Shown in pieces: positions 51,992 to 64,000 of a DNA stretch of 64,000 bases. Source of the stretch: Octopus vulgaris (lineage: Eukaryota); the NCBI GenBank assembly GCA_951406725.2, contig OX597835.1:9362001-9426000 (forward strand). The letters run 5' to 3'. The notes beneath the pieces are model-generated. The model was not told the origin of the DNA, ran no database searches, and was given only the letters and a program-made list of their open reading frames with translations. How positions within the stretch are numbered: the first letter of the stretch is position 1; every line of letters begins with the position of its first letter. A program made the translations under genes and the position numbers.

Positions 51992-52893
51992 CCTATTTAT
52001 CGTTCTGTCTTTTTTCTTATCCCTCCATCTACAGATAAGCAGACGACAACTCCTGACCGGCAGACGATTCTGCTTGATCTGCACTAGGCTCTGCTGAGAG
52101 AAGCGATCTGTGATTGATTTATTCACGCTGATCAACCATTAAAACGATGCACGCGGTGGGCTGCGTTTTATTTCTCTCTCGACACCCACACCTCTTTGCT
52201 TACCTCTATGGTCTCATTTCACCACACATCTTCCTCTAGCGTCTCCTCCTCACCTATACAGACCTCACACGCTCCAACCACATTTAATCAACAATTGACG
52301 ACATATAATATCGCGCTATTTGTTCTAAAAATGAACGCACAACCACATTAAAGTCTGAGACAATCCTTTCAGCCTCCAACTATGAATACGCACACGCTGT
52401 CCTGCATAAATGGCGAATATACACAAACACAGGGCAGTCACACGCGCACATACACAAGTTACATTATAAACAAAGGCGCTCAAATAAACGAGCACACATT
52501 ACACTTTGACGATCACACGCACTCATTGATACACTCACAGGTACACACACAGGTACACACACAGACAAGCACACCTCCACCACGCATCCGCTTGTCTCGC
52601 CGTTCAGCATCCCATCCACTAACTCACGAACACACAGACAAGCTCACAATACAATATTACAAACACACTTCTGGCACTTTCTCTCTCTCTCTCTCTCTCT
52701 GTCTCCTTCACTCTCTCTTTCTGTCTTTTTCTCTTTCTCTCCTTCTCACTCTTTCTCTCACTCTCTTTCTTTTTCTTTCTCTCTCACACACACATTCATA
52801 CATTCACATTCATAAACACATTCACACACATACACACACACAAAAATACACACAGAACCACAGCACGCATTTACTACTTCTCTATATCACTCA

Positions 52894-52940
<47 letters not shown>

Positions 52941-53792
52941 GCACGCACGCACAAATACACACCACGCTGTTCATTCGCCCTTCTATAGAAAATATCCCAT
53001 ATAGTCTACGCTCTGCTTCTGATCCGTCATCTCCATTCATTAGCGATCAGAAATGGCAATAAATTCCACGAAACGGCAGCGCACTCCAAGGCATCTACTT
53101 GTCAAGCCGGAAGTAATTGTGACCAGACAGTCGCAGTAGCTTCCGCTTACACTAGATCTTGCACGAGACTGGAGAAAAGGGTGCAATATATCAATGTCAC
53201 AAGTGTGCGATACATCCTCGTCAACAACGAAAGGCTCGCCATTTGGACCCCAAACACGTTTAAGCTAGCGATAATCAATAAAAGCCATGACTGGCTATGT
53301 AGTCTTTTATCGAGGGTTGCAATCACATCTGAGACGGAAAATGGTGAGTTCTCCCTCTGAACGCCCGAAGTTATGGAAGTGTCTGTATTTCATTGTCGCA
53401 ATGTGCAGGATACTCCAGGTGCTACAACTACTCTGTTTGGCCTTTGGTAAGCGGTTGGTCAATTGTATGCCGATGTTTGATTTAGTACATTTGGTATGAA
53501 TTGCGCCTGCATCGGATACACTCTCTCGTTCATATACAATATGGCCAGAGACGAGATAAAGTCAGGACAATGGAATTTGTATGACAATGTAGGAAATTGC
53601 CAAAATGGGTTAAGTGATCCCAGAGTTTTTACCTGCATCCAGGATTTTAGCCCAGTATGACAGTAAGTTGACACCTGCTCCAGTTGGCCCCATGGTTTTG
53701 TTAAGTGGTGTCGGTTTCTACAATTCTGTATATAATGGTATTTTTTATAAGCTCAAGCGTATAGCGATCAGCGTGCAATTGACTAAGGAAAA

Positions 53793-53973
53793 TAGTCTAA
53801 TAATGGCGCATATAAGCCCTCGACAGAAAAAAGTAGGCTTTCCCGTACGCGTGGGACTTTTTGTAATCAGTAACATACTTAGTCGCTTTAACAAAGGTGT
53901 GTGGGTTCGAGTCCCACGCGTACAGGAGAGCTTACTTTTTTGTCGAGGACTTATATACCCCATTATTAGACTA
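53793..53973. repeat. Fold-back with ~65-bp arms and a tRNA T-arm-like hairpin at the loop edge
   Basis: Arms 53793-53858 / 53910-53973; GTGGGTTCGAGTCCCAC at 53901-53917. Confidence 0.85.
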
Positions 53974-53979
53974 CTCTAA

Positions 53980-54034
53980 GGCGGCGAGCTGGCAGAAACG
54001 TTAGCACGCCGGGCGAAATGCTTTGCGATATTTA
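53980..54034 (+). mobile_element. SINE family A head only
   Basis: GGCGGCGAGCTGGCAGAAACGTTAGCACGCCGGGCGAAATGCTTTGCGATATTT, after which homology stops. Confidence 0.85.
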
Positions 54035-54252
54035 TATATATGGGTTTGTGTATGTGTTGTGCCGACGCACCCAGACGATGAAGTAGGCCAGCCCAATATG
54101 TAGATATAGATGGAGAAGTCTAGACGTCGAGGAGTTGAGTAGAGGTCATCCGAGCGTGCGATATAACAGTGGTGACCAGGATTTCGTAGCTCATACAACC
54201 ACTGTAGTATTGCGATATAGCAAACGTGCGATATAACAGTATGCATGTGATA

Positions 54253-54483
54253 GGGCGGCGAGCTGGCAGAAGCGTTAGCACGCCGGGCGAAATGCGTAGC
54301 CGTATTTCGTCTGCCGTTACGTTCTGAGTTCAAATTCCGCCGAGGTCGACTTTGCCTTTCATCCTTTCGAGGTCGATAAATTAAGTACCAGTTATGCACT
54401 GGAGTCGATGTAATCGACTTAATCCGTTTGTCTGTCCTTGTTTGTCCTCTCTGTGTTTATCCCCTTGTGGGTAGTAAAGAAAT
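54253..54483 (+). mobile_element. SINE family A, young full-length copy with Tx1-like tail and 19-bp TSD
   Basis: Complete head, central domain and tail. ATATAACAGTATGCATGTG at 54231-54249 and 54484-54502. Confidence 0.95.
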
Positions 54484-55113
54484 ATATAACAGTATGCATG
54501 TGTATGTGTGAGTGTATGTGTGTATGTGTGCATCTATGACGCCAGTTGTTTTCGCCAATTGCGTCTTATCTGTAAGGCTTCCTCAAAGACACTAAACAAT
54601 ATGCGGGGCATTGTAATCGAACCTTTAACCAGATGATTATGAAGTGACCGTTTTGAACAGAATTCTTTGATTCTGCCAGTATCTAACTGGAATACGTTGG
54701 TCGGAACGCTTCAGCTTCTTCGTTCATTTGAAGTCTTCATTTAAAACATTACGATTTTTTTTTTTTTGATCACGCATCCAGTTGCTTGCTTCGCACAAAC
54801 TGAAAAGTGGCAATTATACTTATTCCTCTGCCTGCCTTCTTGCACAGCAGATCACATGAAAGGGAGTAAGAAAAACCTGAAGATATGTTGTAGCAATCGA
54901 TACAGTGTAGACAACGTGGTAATCACTCGCTTACTCTATAATTATAGAACTGAAAATATATATAAACAGCTCTAGTCCAAATATGGATATCAGCTTCCTG
55001 TCAACAGCTATAGTTTTACATTTGTATGGCTTCAAATATATACGTTTCCTGTGTCTATAGTTTATCACACACACCCACTCGTTCATACATACGTATCTAT
55101 CTATCTATATATG

Positions 55114-55145
<32 letters not shown>

Positions 55146-55167
55146 TATATTTGTATATATATATACT

Positions 55168-55211
<44 letters not shown>

Positions 55212-55466
55212 TATATATGGACATACATATGTGCATAATTATACTTAAATATCTACGTATATGTATACATATATGTCTGCGTATGCATGCATGTAAGCAT
55301 ATATGTATGACTGTATGTATGTTTGTATCTTTAATCGTACACTACACACGCACACATTCAGATATACACACATACACAGACGTGTGTATTCACACAAGCA
55401 TACATACAAACACACACAAATATATACATATACATATGTGTGTATATATATGTACATATATGTATG

Positions 55467-55530
<64 letters not shown>

Positions 55531-55608
55531 TGTGTCTATGTGTGTGTAGATATATAGATAGATAGGTAGATAGATAGATAGGTAGATAGATAGATTGATA
55601 GATAGATT

Positions 55609-55667
<59 letters not shown>

Positions 55668-55684
55668 TGATAGATAGATAGATA

Positions 55685-55730
55685 ACTTCCTTTTATTAGC
55701 GACACAGGGCTGAATACAGAGGGGACAAAT
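55685..55730 (-). mobile_element. Stand-alone 46-bp Tx1-like 3' terminus, copy 1
   Basis: Minus strand ATTTGTCCCCTCTGTATTCAGCCCTGTGTCGCTAATAAAAGGAAGT versus Tx1 end ATTTGTTCTATCTGTGTGCAGCCCTGTGTGGCTAATAAAGAAAC. Confidence 0.8.
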
Positions 55731-55794
<64 letters not shown>

Positions 55795-55807
55795 TATATA
55801 TATATAT

Positions 55808-55854
<47 letters not shown>

Positions 55855-55855
<1 letters not shown>

Positions 55856-55900
55856 CTTACTTTTATTAGCCACACAGGGCTGAATACAGAGGGGACAAAT
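55855..55900 (-). mobile_element. Stand-alone 46-bp Tx1-like 3' terminus, copy 2
   Basis: Same endpoints as copy 1, with 2 substitutions. Confidence 0.8.
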
Positions 55901-55997
<97 letters not shown>

Positions 55998-56771
55998 GTA
56001 ACTAAAAGTTTGGGTTGTAAATCGCTAGATTACTTAAACAACGAACGTATATTTAGACTGCTAAATATATGGGCTTGTCTTTGTGTGTGTGTGGGTGTGT
56101 GGGTGTGTGGAGGTGTGCGAGTGCGTGTGTGCGAGTGCGTGTGTGCGTGTGTGTATGTGTGTGTGTGACGTTGACACATGGTGATAGCAAAATTACAGAT
56201 TAACAAAATAATGAAATAACGTAATTGACTGGCTCGAATAAAAAGCATTGTGTTTGGTATGGGTTTTAATGTTTACTCGCGAAGCGTTTCTACGAATATA
56301 ACCTTTGATTAGACAGAATAATTTACATTTTCAACGATACTCTTCCAGTCTAGAAATTGGATTAACACTTCTCTTTACAAAGAGAAGAGATAACTACAGC
56401 GCCAGCATATGTAGAGAACGCCTCTGCAGAGAAGAGTATAGCTTGCCTTTCTATTCGTATTTGCATCTTAATCCTGACGTTTACATCATCCATATTCATC
56501 GCAAAATTTTTCTTCTTCTCAAGTCATTGTTCTTTGTTGAAATTCCAAATATACGAAATTGCTCACAAGCGATGTAATACACAATGTGAAGTGCAGAATA
56601 AATTAATTATTTAATACATGTCGTCAGCATATGGAATTTTATAAAAGTAATATTCATACTAAAAGTAACACTTTGGTTGCTTTCAAGATTTTACATAGTA
56701 GAAATCGGTATTCTTTCTCCTACGAGCTAATCATTTGCAACAAATTCTTTGTCCACCCCAAGGACAATAGC

Positions 56772-56935
56772 CGTGGTTTGTTTAAGTTTGACTTTCTAAT
56801 GGTTCGGTGAAAGAAAGTGATAGAATAAGAACCAGACTTAAAACGAGTAAGTCCTGGTGTCGATTTCTTCGACTAAAAGGCGATGCTCCAGCATGGCTGG
56901 AGTCAAATGACTGAAACAAATAAAAGAAAATTAAA
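56772..56935 (+). mobile_element. SINE family B 3' tail
   Basis: GGTTCGG..AAAGA..GATAGAATAAG...CGACTAAAAGGCG.TGCTCCAGCATGGC...AGTCAAATGACTGAAACAA. Confidence 0.8.
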
Positions 56936-56974
56936 AGAATATATATAAACACACACATACGTATACTTATATAT

Positions 56975-57008
<34 letters not shown>

Positions 57009-57123
57009 TAGATTGTTGGTATAACTGTAGAATAGTATAACACATCCTTTTGATATATATACATATATATATATATGTATATATATATATTTATATATAT
57101 AACGTAGTATTTATTCTTTTCTC

Positions 57124-57328
57124 CTCTAGGCATAAGGCCTGAAATTTTGGGGATGGGTGCCACTCGATAACACTGACTCCAGTACGCAACTGGTACTTAA
57201 TTTATCGACCCCGAAAGAGTGATAGGTAAAGTCGACATCTGTGGAATTTAAACTCAAAACGTAAAGACAAACGAAATACCACTAAGCATTTTGCCCGACG
57301 TGCTAACGACTCTGCCAGCTCGCCGCTT
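57124..57328 (-). mobile_element. SINE family A, full length, alternative tail
   Basis: CTAGGCATAAGGCCTGAAATTTTGGGG ... CTGCCAGCTCGCCGC. AACGTAGTAT occurs on both flanks (57101-57110, 57331-57340) as a probable TSD. Confidence 0.9.
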
Positions 57329-58079
57329 TAAAACGTAGTATCTATTAAACATTTAATAAATATTTATCAAAATTAGACCTATTTAGTTGTGTCAGGGTCT
57401 ATATAAATTCTAAACAACAATATGTTTTTGTAGAAAATGTATGGATACTGTTTGTCTGAAGAACTTCTAACGAGTCTATTTTTCTTGTTATCATTCCTGT
57501 ACGCGAAAAGATAAAACCTTTGGTATTTATTTTCAGCAATGAAGTTTAACTAGTGTAACAAAACAGAAAATTATCCATGCATTTTAATTTGTGTACATGT
57601 AAGTGTTCATGTGTGTGTGTCAGTGTGTGTGTGTATGCACCCACCACACCCATGTATATACCCGCATGAATATATTAGATATATACAAATAAATATATGT
57701 ATATGGATGTATACGTAACACACGTGCGCTTGCACATACACACACACACATGAGTGCTTGCTTATATAGATACCCTCACAAGCATATATAGAACCGCAAA
57801 AAGTGGGAGATATTTCTTTTCATTCTATTATTTTTCACTGAACTACAAAAGTAAAATATTGATTGATATTCATTTCTTATGATGGAAGATGGTTAACCTG
57901 ATAACGTCAGTGATGAATTCCTTCCTTTTTTCTTTTTATTTCCGAATAATCTTGGAGAACAGGATTGTTTCCAACCAGGCTTCACACAATGACCTTTCGA
58001 TTTGTCTTCATACACCCAGTTTCCGAACAGCTGCAATCTCTTTTACATGTTCCTGATATATATTTAGGTCGGTGGCATT

Positions 58080-59000
58080 AATAACGCAACCAACGCAGTT
58101 TTGGAAGCGTCTACTTTTCGAGATTCATACGTACACTCTCAGTTGCTGCAACTTAGCCGCTGCTCACACCATTTCTATTATACTTACTTGTAGCCGTTAT
58201 GTATAGACAAGACCGGAAAGGAAACATGAGCATTTATTGAACAACATTTACTGGTCGGCCGGTAAATGTTTTGTAACAAGGAATAATCTTTCAAGAAGCT
58301 GTCCAATTCATTGAAGCTGATCAATGTATTCTATTCTTGTTCCTGTTTTCGTATTTGGAAGAATTGCAGCAAGTTGCTACAATGAAGTTGTCTCTTTTCC
58401 TTCTATGACCTTACTATAATCCTTTAACAATCTATCTACATATGTTTAGGTTTTTCGGTTGCGCCCTCAACTGAACTAATTAATAAATCAGCCCTGCAAG
58501 TAGAGTCATTCCACAGACACATTTACTATTAAAGGAAATGTTTCCTGCAATCAGTAAGACATATTGAGACAAGTCTAGACCGTCTGATACAATCTGTTCC
58601 TCAGCCTTCCACAAAGTTTTTGCGTCCGTCATTTTACTCCGAAAAGTGGGGTCGACATGACTTTATATTAAAAGAACAGACCCAAGATTCCAGGAGTCAG
58701 GATCAAATCCGAAACCTGGGGATTGGAAAGCGAGCTTCTTTGTCTGCTCGTGTTACTTAAGCAGTCTATTAAATTGAATTTACAACAAAAGACCAGATGA
58801 TTATCTTAATAATTTCTTTGTTTAATCATATTTTATTATAGAACGTAGGATAATATTTTGTAAATAATATCAATGCTAATATTCCAGTATTGACTGTCAC
58901 AATTATCTTCAATGTTACATTGAGACGAAGATCGAGAAATTCTGTAGCTTCTTTCTTCAGCAACTTTGTTCGTATTGTTTGATACAACAATGGCATATCA
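58080..59000 (-). mobile_element. Second, heavily decayed Helitron helicase remnant
   Basis: Minus frames in the expected order: KKEATEFLDLRL, CVCGMTLLA (cf. WLCERAILA), N-GTRI (cf. NGTRL), MFPFRSCLYITATSK (cf. QFP.RL.FAMTINKS). Confidence 0.4.
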
Positions 59001-59331
59001 TGATATATTCTTCAACCATTTCTTCAGCACACCTACTCACTCTCTCTCTGACTCCATAATACAGTTAAATATGGCGACGTCCATCACATTGTTAACATAC
59101 GATTGTACGTAGGATTCATAATAGCTGAAAATATGTTCTTCTGCTGTTCCATATTTCGTTTTCCTTCCATAATTGCTATATGCGCGAGAAATAGTATTTT
59201 CGATGTATATATACAGAAAAACTGTATACTGCACACGCGCGCACGCACATAGTCGGACTGGCGTACTTAGTATATCTATTATATATGTATGTGTCTGTGT
59301 GTATATGTTTGTGTGTATGTATGTATGTGTA

Positions 59332-59389
<58 letters not shown>

Positions 59390-59404
59390 TACACATATAT
59401 ACAC

Positions 59405-59455
<51 letters not shown>

Positions 59456-59459
59456 AGTA

Positions 59460-59744
59460 GGTGAATGAATTATCCTAGTATGGATAATTCGGTTAATCGA
59501 TACCTGGGTAGCAAATTCACGTCAGAAAACACGATTGAAGCTACATGCCAAGTGCAGAAACCCCGTGTTCTTGTGTGGAAAGTTGTGTGTATTTTTAAAC
59601 GAATAAATGAAAGAATGGAGTCGAACGAAGATTTTAACAAAATTCCTTTACTCTCGACACATGTTTCGGAATTAAGAGTATGCAGTCTTCGAAACATATG
59701 TTGAGAGTAAAGGAATTTTGTTAAAATCTTCGTTCGACTCCATT

Positions 59745-59750
<6 letters not shown>
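59460..59750. mobile_element. (TA)n-embedded asymmetric fold-back element, 55-bp arms
   Basis: Arms 59614-59668 / 59690-59744 with 2 mismatches; inner ends GTTTCG / CGAAAC; ~150-bp left extension. Confidence 0.8.
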
Positions 59751-59805
<55 letters not shown>

Positions 59806-61096
59806 CGCATACGTGTATATATATTTATGTGTGTGTGTGTGTTTATGTGTGTAAGGGCGAGGAACGGCAGGCAACCAGCCAGTGCTTGACTTCCTTGAAT
59901 GTTATAACCAATCACTTTATTTTATCTAAATATCAATAGAAACCAATTACATAAATCAGAAGTTTTGTCCATAGACCCAAATTCAAGAAGTTGTCTTCGA
60001 ACTTGCGTAGATCAATCAAATAAATTCCAGTAAAATCCTCCGGTCAATTTAATCGAATCCCGCCTTATGAATTGTCTCGTGACAAATAAGAGATTGCATG
60101 ACCACTAATAAAGATTTTCTGATTTTCAAGGAAATGTGTGATGCTGAAGATTTGATTGTGTATTGGAGTTGTGTAACTGTAGTAGAACGAGCGTCAAACA
60201 AATTGCGAAACTCCAGTTTCGCGTTTTGTTTCGTTGAGACGTTACAATTAGTTTGCGGTTCCCAAGGCTCTTACAATTACAGTAATAACATCAACGAAAA
60301 AAATCCTTAGCGACTTGAAAGGAGATATTGCGTGGCTTCTTCAATTGCTACGAATAGCATCCAAATACAGTTTAAAAACATTTATGAAGAATAAGACTAA
60401 ATAAAAAAAACATCCTATACCTAAACAACATGAAAAGAGTCAACCAGTCAGCATAATTGAATGGGAGCCTCAACATGCTCTTGTCAGCTTATCTCTGCTG
60501 GGTTTTGGCCTGCTTTATCATGTTGGACAGTTATGGGTTCAACGAAAGTCTTATTTGGTGAGATAAGAAGATTTGGAAGTTAGTGTATGGCGGAATGTAC
60601 ACTAAGAACGGAAATAGCCAAGGTAATACTACAGGACATCCCCTCTGGCATTCTAACAATTTCGCCAACGCAAACACCTGCGATTGATATATTTTCATAG
60701 ATCCAAGAAAGATGACAGGCAAAACCGAACTTGGCAGAGTCTGAACCCAGAACCTAGAGAACCAAAATTGTTACTCTATCGCATATCAGTAGATGAAACG
60801 TCAATTCCGCTTAACAACTACTCTGGAATTGTTATTGAAAATACGAAAGAGAACGTTGGCATTAGCGTGACTTGATCTTAGAATGTCATAGAAGCGAGAC
60901 AATTACTACCGGCTTTTATATCCGAGGCTGTAACGACTCCGCCAATGAAATAAACGCAATCACAATATTTCGAAGAACGGCATCAAGGAGAACATCGATC
61001 GTATGAAAGGAGGGTGTCGCCGTATTGAGTCGTTTCACTTCTTACAAAATGTTCCTTGAATCAAATCCTGTCATCTTACATAATTTAACATCTATT

Positions 61097-61369
61097 TTTT
61101 ACTTGTTTCATTCATTAGACTGCGGCCAAGCTAGGGCAGCGCCTTGAAGCACTTTTAGTTGAACGAATCGACCCTAGGATTTTTTTAAACCTGGTACTTA
61201 TTCTATCGAGCTCTTCTGCCGGTCCGCTACGTAACGAGGACCGGCAGGTTGTCAAGTACTGGTGGGGGACACACACTCGCACAGCCACATATACATACAT
61301 GCATAATACACAAACACACACACACACATACACACACACACACACGCACACGCACACACACACACGCAA

Positions 61370-61438
<69 letters not shown>

Positions 61439-61597
61439 ATCAGCTTCTTTCAGTTCCTGTCTACGAAATTCACTCACAAGGCTTTGGTCGACCCATGGCT
61501 CAAGTATATGACATTGGGCCAAGGTGCCATGCAATAAGACTGAACCAGGAACAATGTAGTTGGGAAACAAGCTTCTTGCCACACAGCCACGCCTGCG
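61097..61597 (-). mobile_element. SINE family B, full length with expanded internal (CA)(TA) tract
   Basis: Head CGCAGGCGTGGCTGTGTGGCAAGAAGCTTG; tail as in the other family B copies. Confidence 0.85.
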
Positions 61598-61744
61598 TTT
61601 AATCCTTTCATAATTAAATTGCCCTGGAAAATAAGACTAGACGGTTGGGGATTCAATGTGTTTGATTATAATTTAGTCTGTCAGGCACGGGCTGGTTCTA
61701 TATTATAGCGACAAGATTTGCGTGGGTAAATATTTTGTACGGAT

Positions 61745-62218
61745 AGGATTGGTACTCTTCGTTATCCACCCGGAAAGATGAAAGTCAAAGTTCACTACGG
61801 CTTCGCTCATAATGTGAAGAATCGGAAGCAATAACTCAAAGAATTCTTCTGACACTCTATTGATTCTGTTATTCAATGTCTTTTATTAGTAACAGTTGTC
61901 AAGATGTTGGGCAGAATACTGCGGCCAAATGCACGGACAAATGCTGCTGCTGCTACTACCGCTACTACTGCTGCTGCTGCTGTTACTACTACTATTCATA
62001 ATAATAATAGCAACAATAATGATAAGTGCCTGAAATTTTGGTTGGGGAGTTAAATCGATTACATCGACCGCAGTGTTTCACTGGTACTTATTTAATCGAC
62101 TCCGAAGGGAGGAAAGGCAAAGTCGACCTCGGCAGAACTTGAACTCAGTACATAGCAACAGACGAAATACTGTTAAGCATTTCGCCCGGCGTGCTAACGA
62201 TTCCGTCAGCCCACCGCC

Positions 62219-62290
<72 letters not shown>

Positions 62291-62475
62291 GTAATAATAA
62301 TAATAATCCTTTCTACTTAAGGCAAAAGGCCTAATATTTGGGGGGGAGGGGACTAGTCGATATCATCGACTTCAGTGTTTTACCGGTACTCAATTTGTCA
62401 ACCCCGGAAGGATGAAAGCAAAGTCGACCTCGGTGAAATTTAGTAACAATAATAATAATAATAATAATAATAATG

Positions 62476-62544
<69 letters not shown>

Positions 62545-62545
62545 T

Positions 62546-62576
<31 letters not shown>

Positions 62577-63755
62577 AAGAAGAAGAAGAAGAAGAAGAAG
62601 AAGAAGAAGAAGAAGAAGAAGAAGAAGAAGAAGGAGAAGGAGAAGAAGGCGCAAGGTCTGAAATTTTGGTGGAGGGGAACAGTCGATTATATCAACCCCA
62701 GTGTTTCTCTGATACTTAACATATTGAGCCCGAAATGAAGAAAGTAAAAGTTGACCCTGGCGCTATTAGAACACAGAACGGTGAAGCTGGAAGAGATACC
62801 GCGAAGCATTTTATCCGGCATGCCAACAATTCTGCAATCTCGATGCCTTAACAACAACAAAAATACTTCTTCCTAATTTTTGCACAATGCTACCAAATTT
62901 TATAAAGGTGGAAGTCCATGATATCGAACCTACTGCTCAAAATGTAGTTTACTTTATCGACCTCGAAATGGCTGTCCTCAGTGTCATACGAACTCGCAAA
63001 GTGTAGGCGGCGCTAAAAATGTTTCTTCCACGTGCTAACCGTTCTGCCATTTCACCACCTTAATTATAGCAACAACAACAACAAAATAACAACAACAATT
63101 ATAATCGATACTACTGTAGGCAGTTTTAGGGATGGTGCTGCTCAATTACATCGATCCCACGGTTCAGTTTTATTTTATTCACTCTGAAATTTTGAAAGGC
63201 AAAGTCGACCTTGGTCGGAATTTGAACTCAAAGCGTTAAAACGGACGAAATACCGAAAGTAATTTTTATTTCCTTGTTGCCCACAGGTGGCTAAACATAA
63301 AGGGGACAAAGAAGTACAGACAAAGGGATTAAGTCGATTACATCAATTCCAGTGTGACAGCGTAACTAGTACTTATTTAAGCAACCACGAAAGGATGAAA
63401 GGCAAAGTCGACCTCGGCGGAATTTGAACTCAGAACGTAACGGCAGACGAAATACCGATAATAATAATTTCTTTCATTTGCCACAAAGATGACCAATTGG
63501 TGTGCGTGGGGTGGGGTCGTTAGAAATGCACATATGACTTCCATTACGAGAAATCCATGGTCAGCTGTGGACCCGTGGTTATGATGAGGGACGATGCTTA
63601 AAAAAAATATAACAAATAATAAACAGTAGCGATTTTTAACATAAACACACAGGCATCGTATCATCAATTATATTCGACTAAATTGGTACCAATTATATAA
63701 CTGGTACTTATTTTTGCTGAATGAGAATGTGGCAGAATTTGAAATCAGAACGATT
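61745..63755 (-). mobile_element. Tandem cluster of ~8 co-oriented SINE family A copies separated by (AAT)n/(AAC)n/(AAG)n
   Basis: Central domain or head recognisable near 61750, 62030-62219, 62308-62443, 62650-62850, 62880-63060, 63115-63255, 63265-63457, 63695-63752. Confidence 0.85.
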
Positions 63756-63827
63756 AAATTAAATACAATTACGACGAAAAAACATATGCACTGTATTCCA
63801 TTTTGGACCACCACGTCGATTATTATT

Positions 63828-63877
<50 letters not shown>

Positions 63878-64000
63878 GAGTAAGTGACAGCTATTGAAAG
63901 AGAGCGACACTGACAGATATAGAGAGAGAGATGTAGAGAGTGTGAGAGGAAGGAGAGAAGGAGGGGGAATGAGACGTGCTAATATCAGCTACTTCCACAT

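Larger units (their letters stand above)
55548..55997. repeat. (GATA)n array containing two 46-bp inserts
   Basis: Direct reading. Confidence 0.95.

Noticed and set aside
52382-53062. Longest ORF (226 aa)
   Set aside because: Largely CA/CT low-complexity sequence lacking stops by composition, with no recognisable domain.
55548-55997. CRISPR-like repeat/spacer appearance
   Set aside because: The 'repeats' are GATA microsatellite, the inserts are near-identical, the context is eukaryotic and there are no cas genes.

Overview
Eukaryotic, AT-rich, microsatellite-saturated intergenic or intronic DNA. I infer an octopus (coleoid cephalopod) genome from the tRNA-derived SINE families and the extreme (TA)n/(CA)n/(ATT)n/(GATA)n load. 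No intact host gene, rRNA, true tRNA or CRISPR array is supportable, and nearly all ORF-track entries are translated simple repeats. The window is a retroelement and transposon graveyard. It holds 5'-truncated non-LTR ends (Tx1/L1 x4 plus two 46-bp termini, R4/Dong, RTE x2-3, CR1, probable HERO), a Penelope-like (Naiad-type) GIY-YIG end, decayed Helitron RepHel remnants, piggyBac-type and mariner-type MITEs, and more than 20 SINE copies from at least 4 families (my labels A-D). Three signals stand out. (1) (TA)n-embedded fold-back elements and Penelope-like ends carry minimal type-I hammerhead-ribozyme folds with variant cores. (2) A Tx1-clade LINE sits in GATA/ATT microsatellites, and its ~45-nt 3' terminus is shared by SINE-A and by stand-alone mini-tails; SINE-A is also repeatedly broken at one site in its own head. 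(3) A compact CCAAT/CRE-repeat + TATA + Inr + Kozak ATG + splice-donor module lies at 49.5-49.8 kb. All calls were made by eye, with no database searches, and coordinates of decayed elements are approximate.
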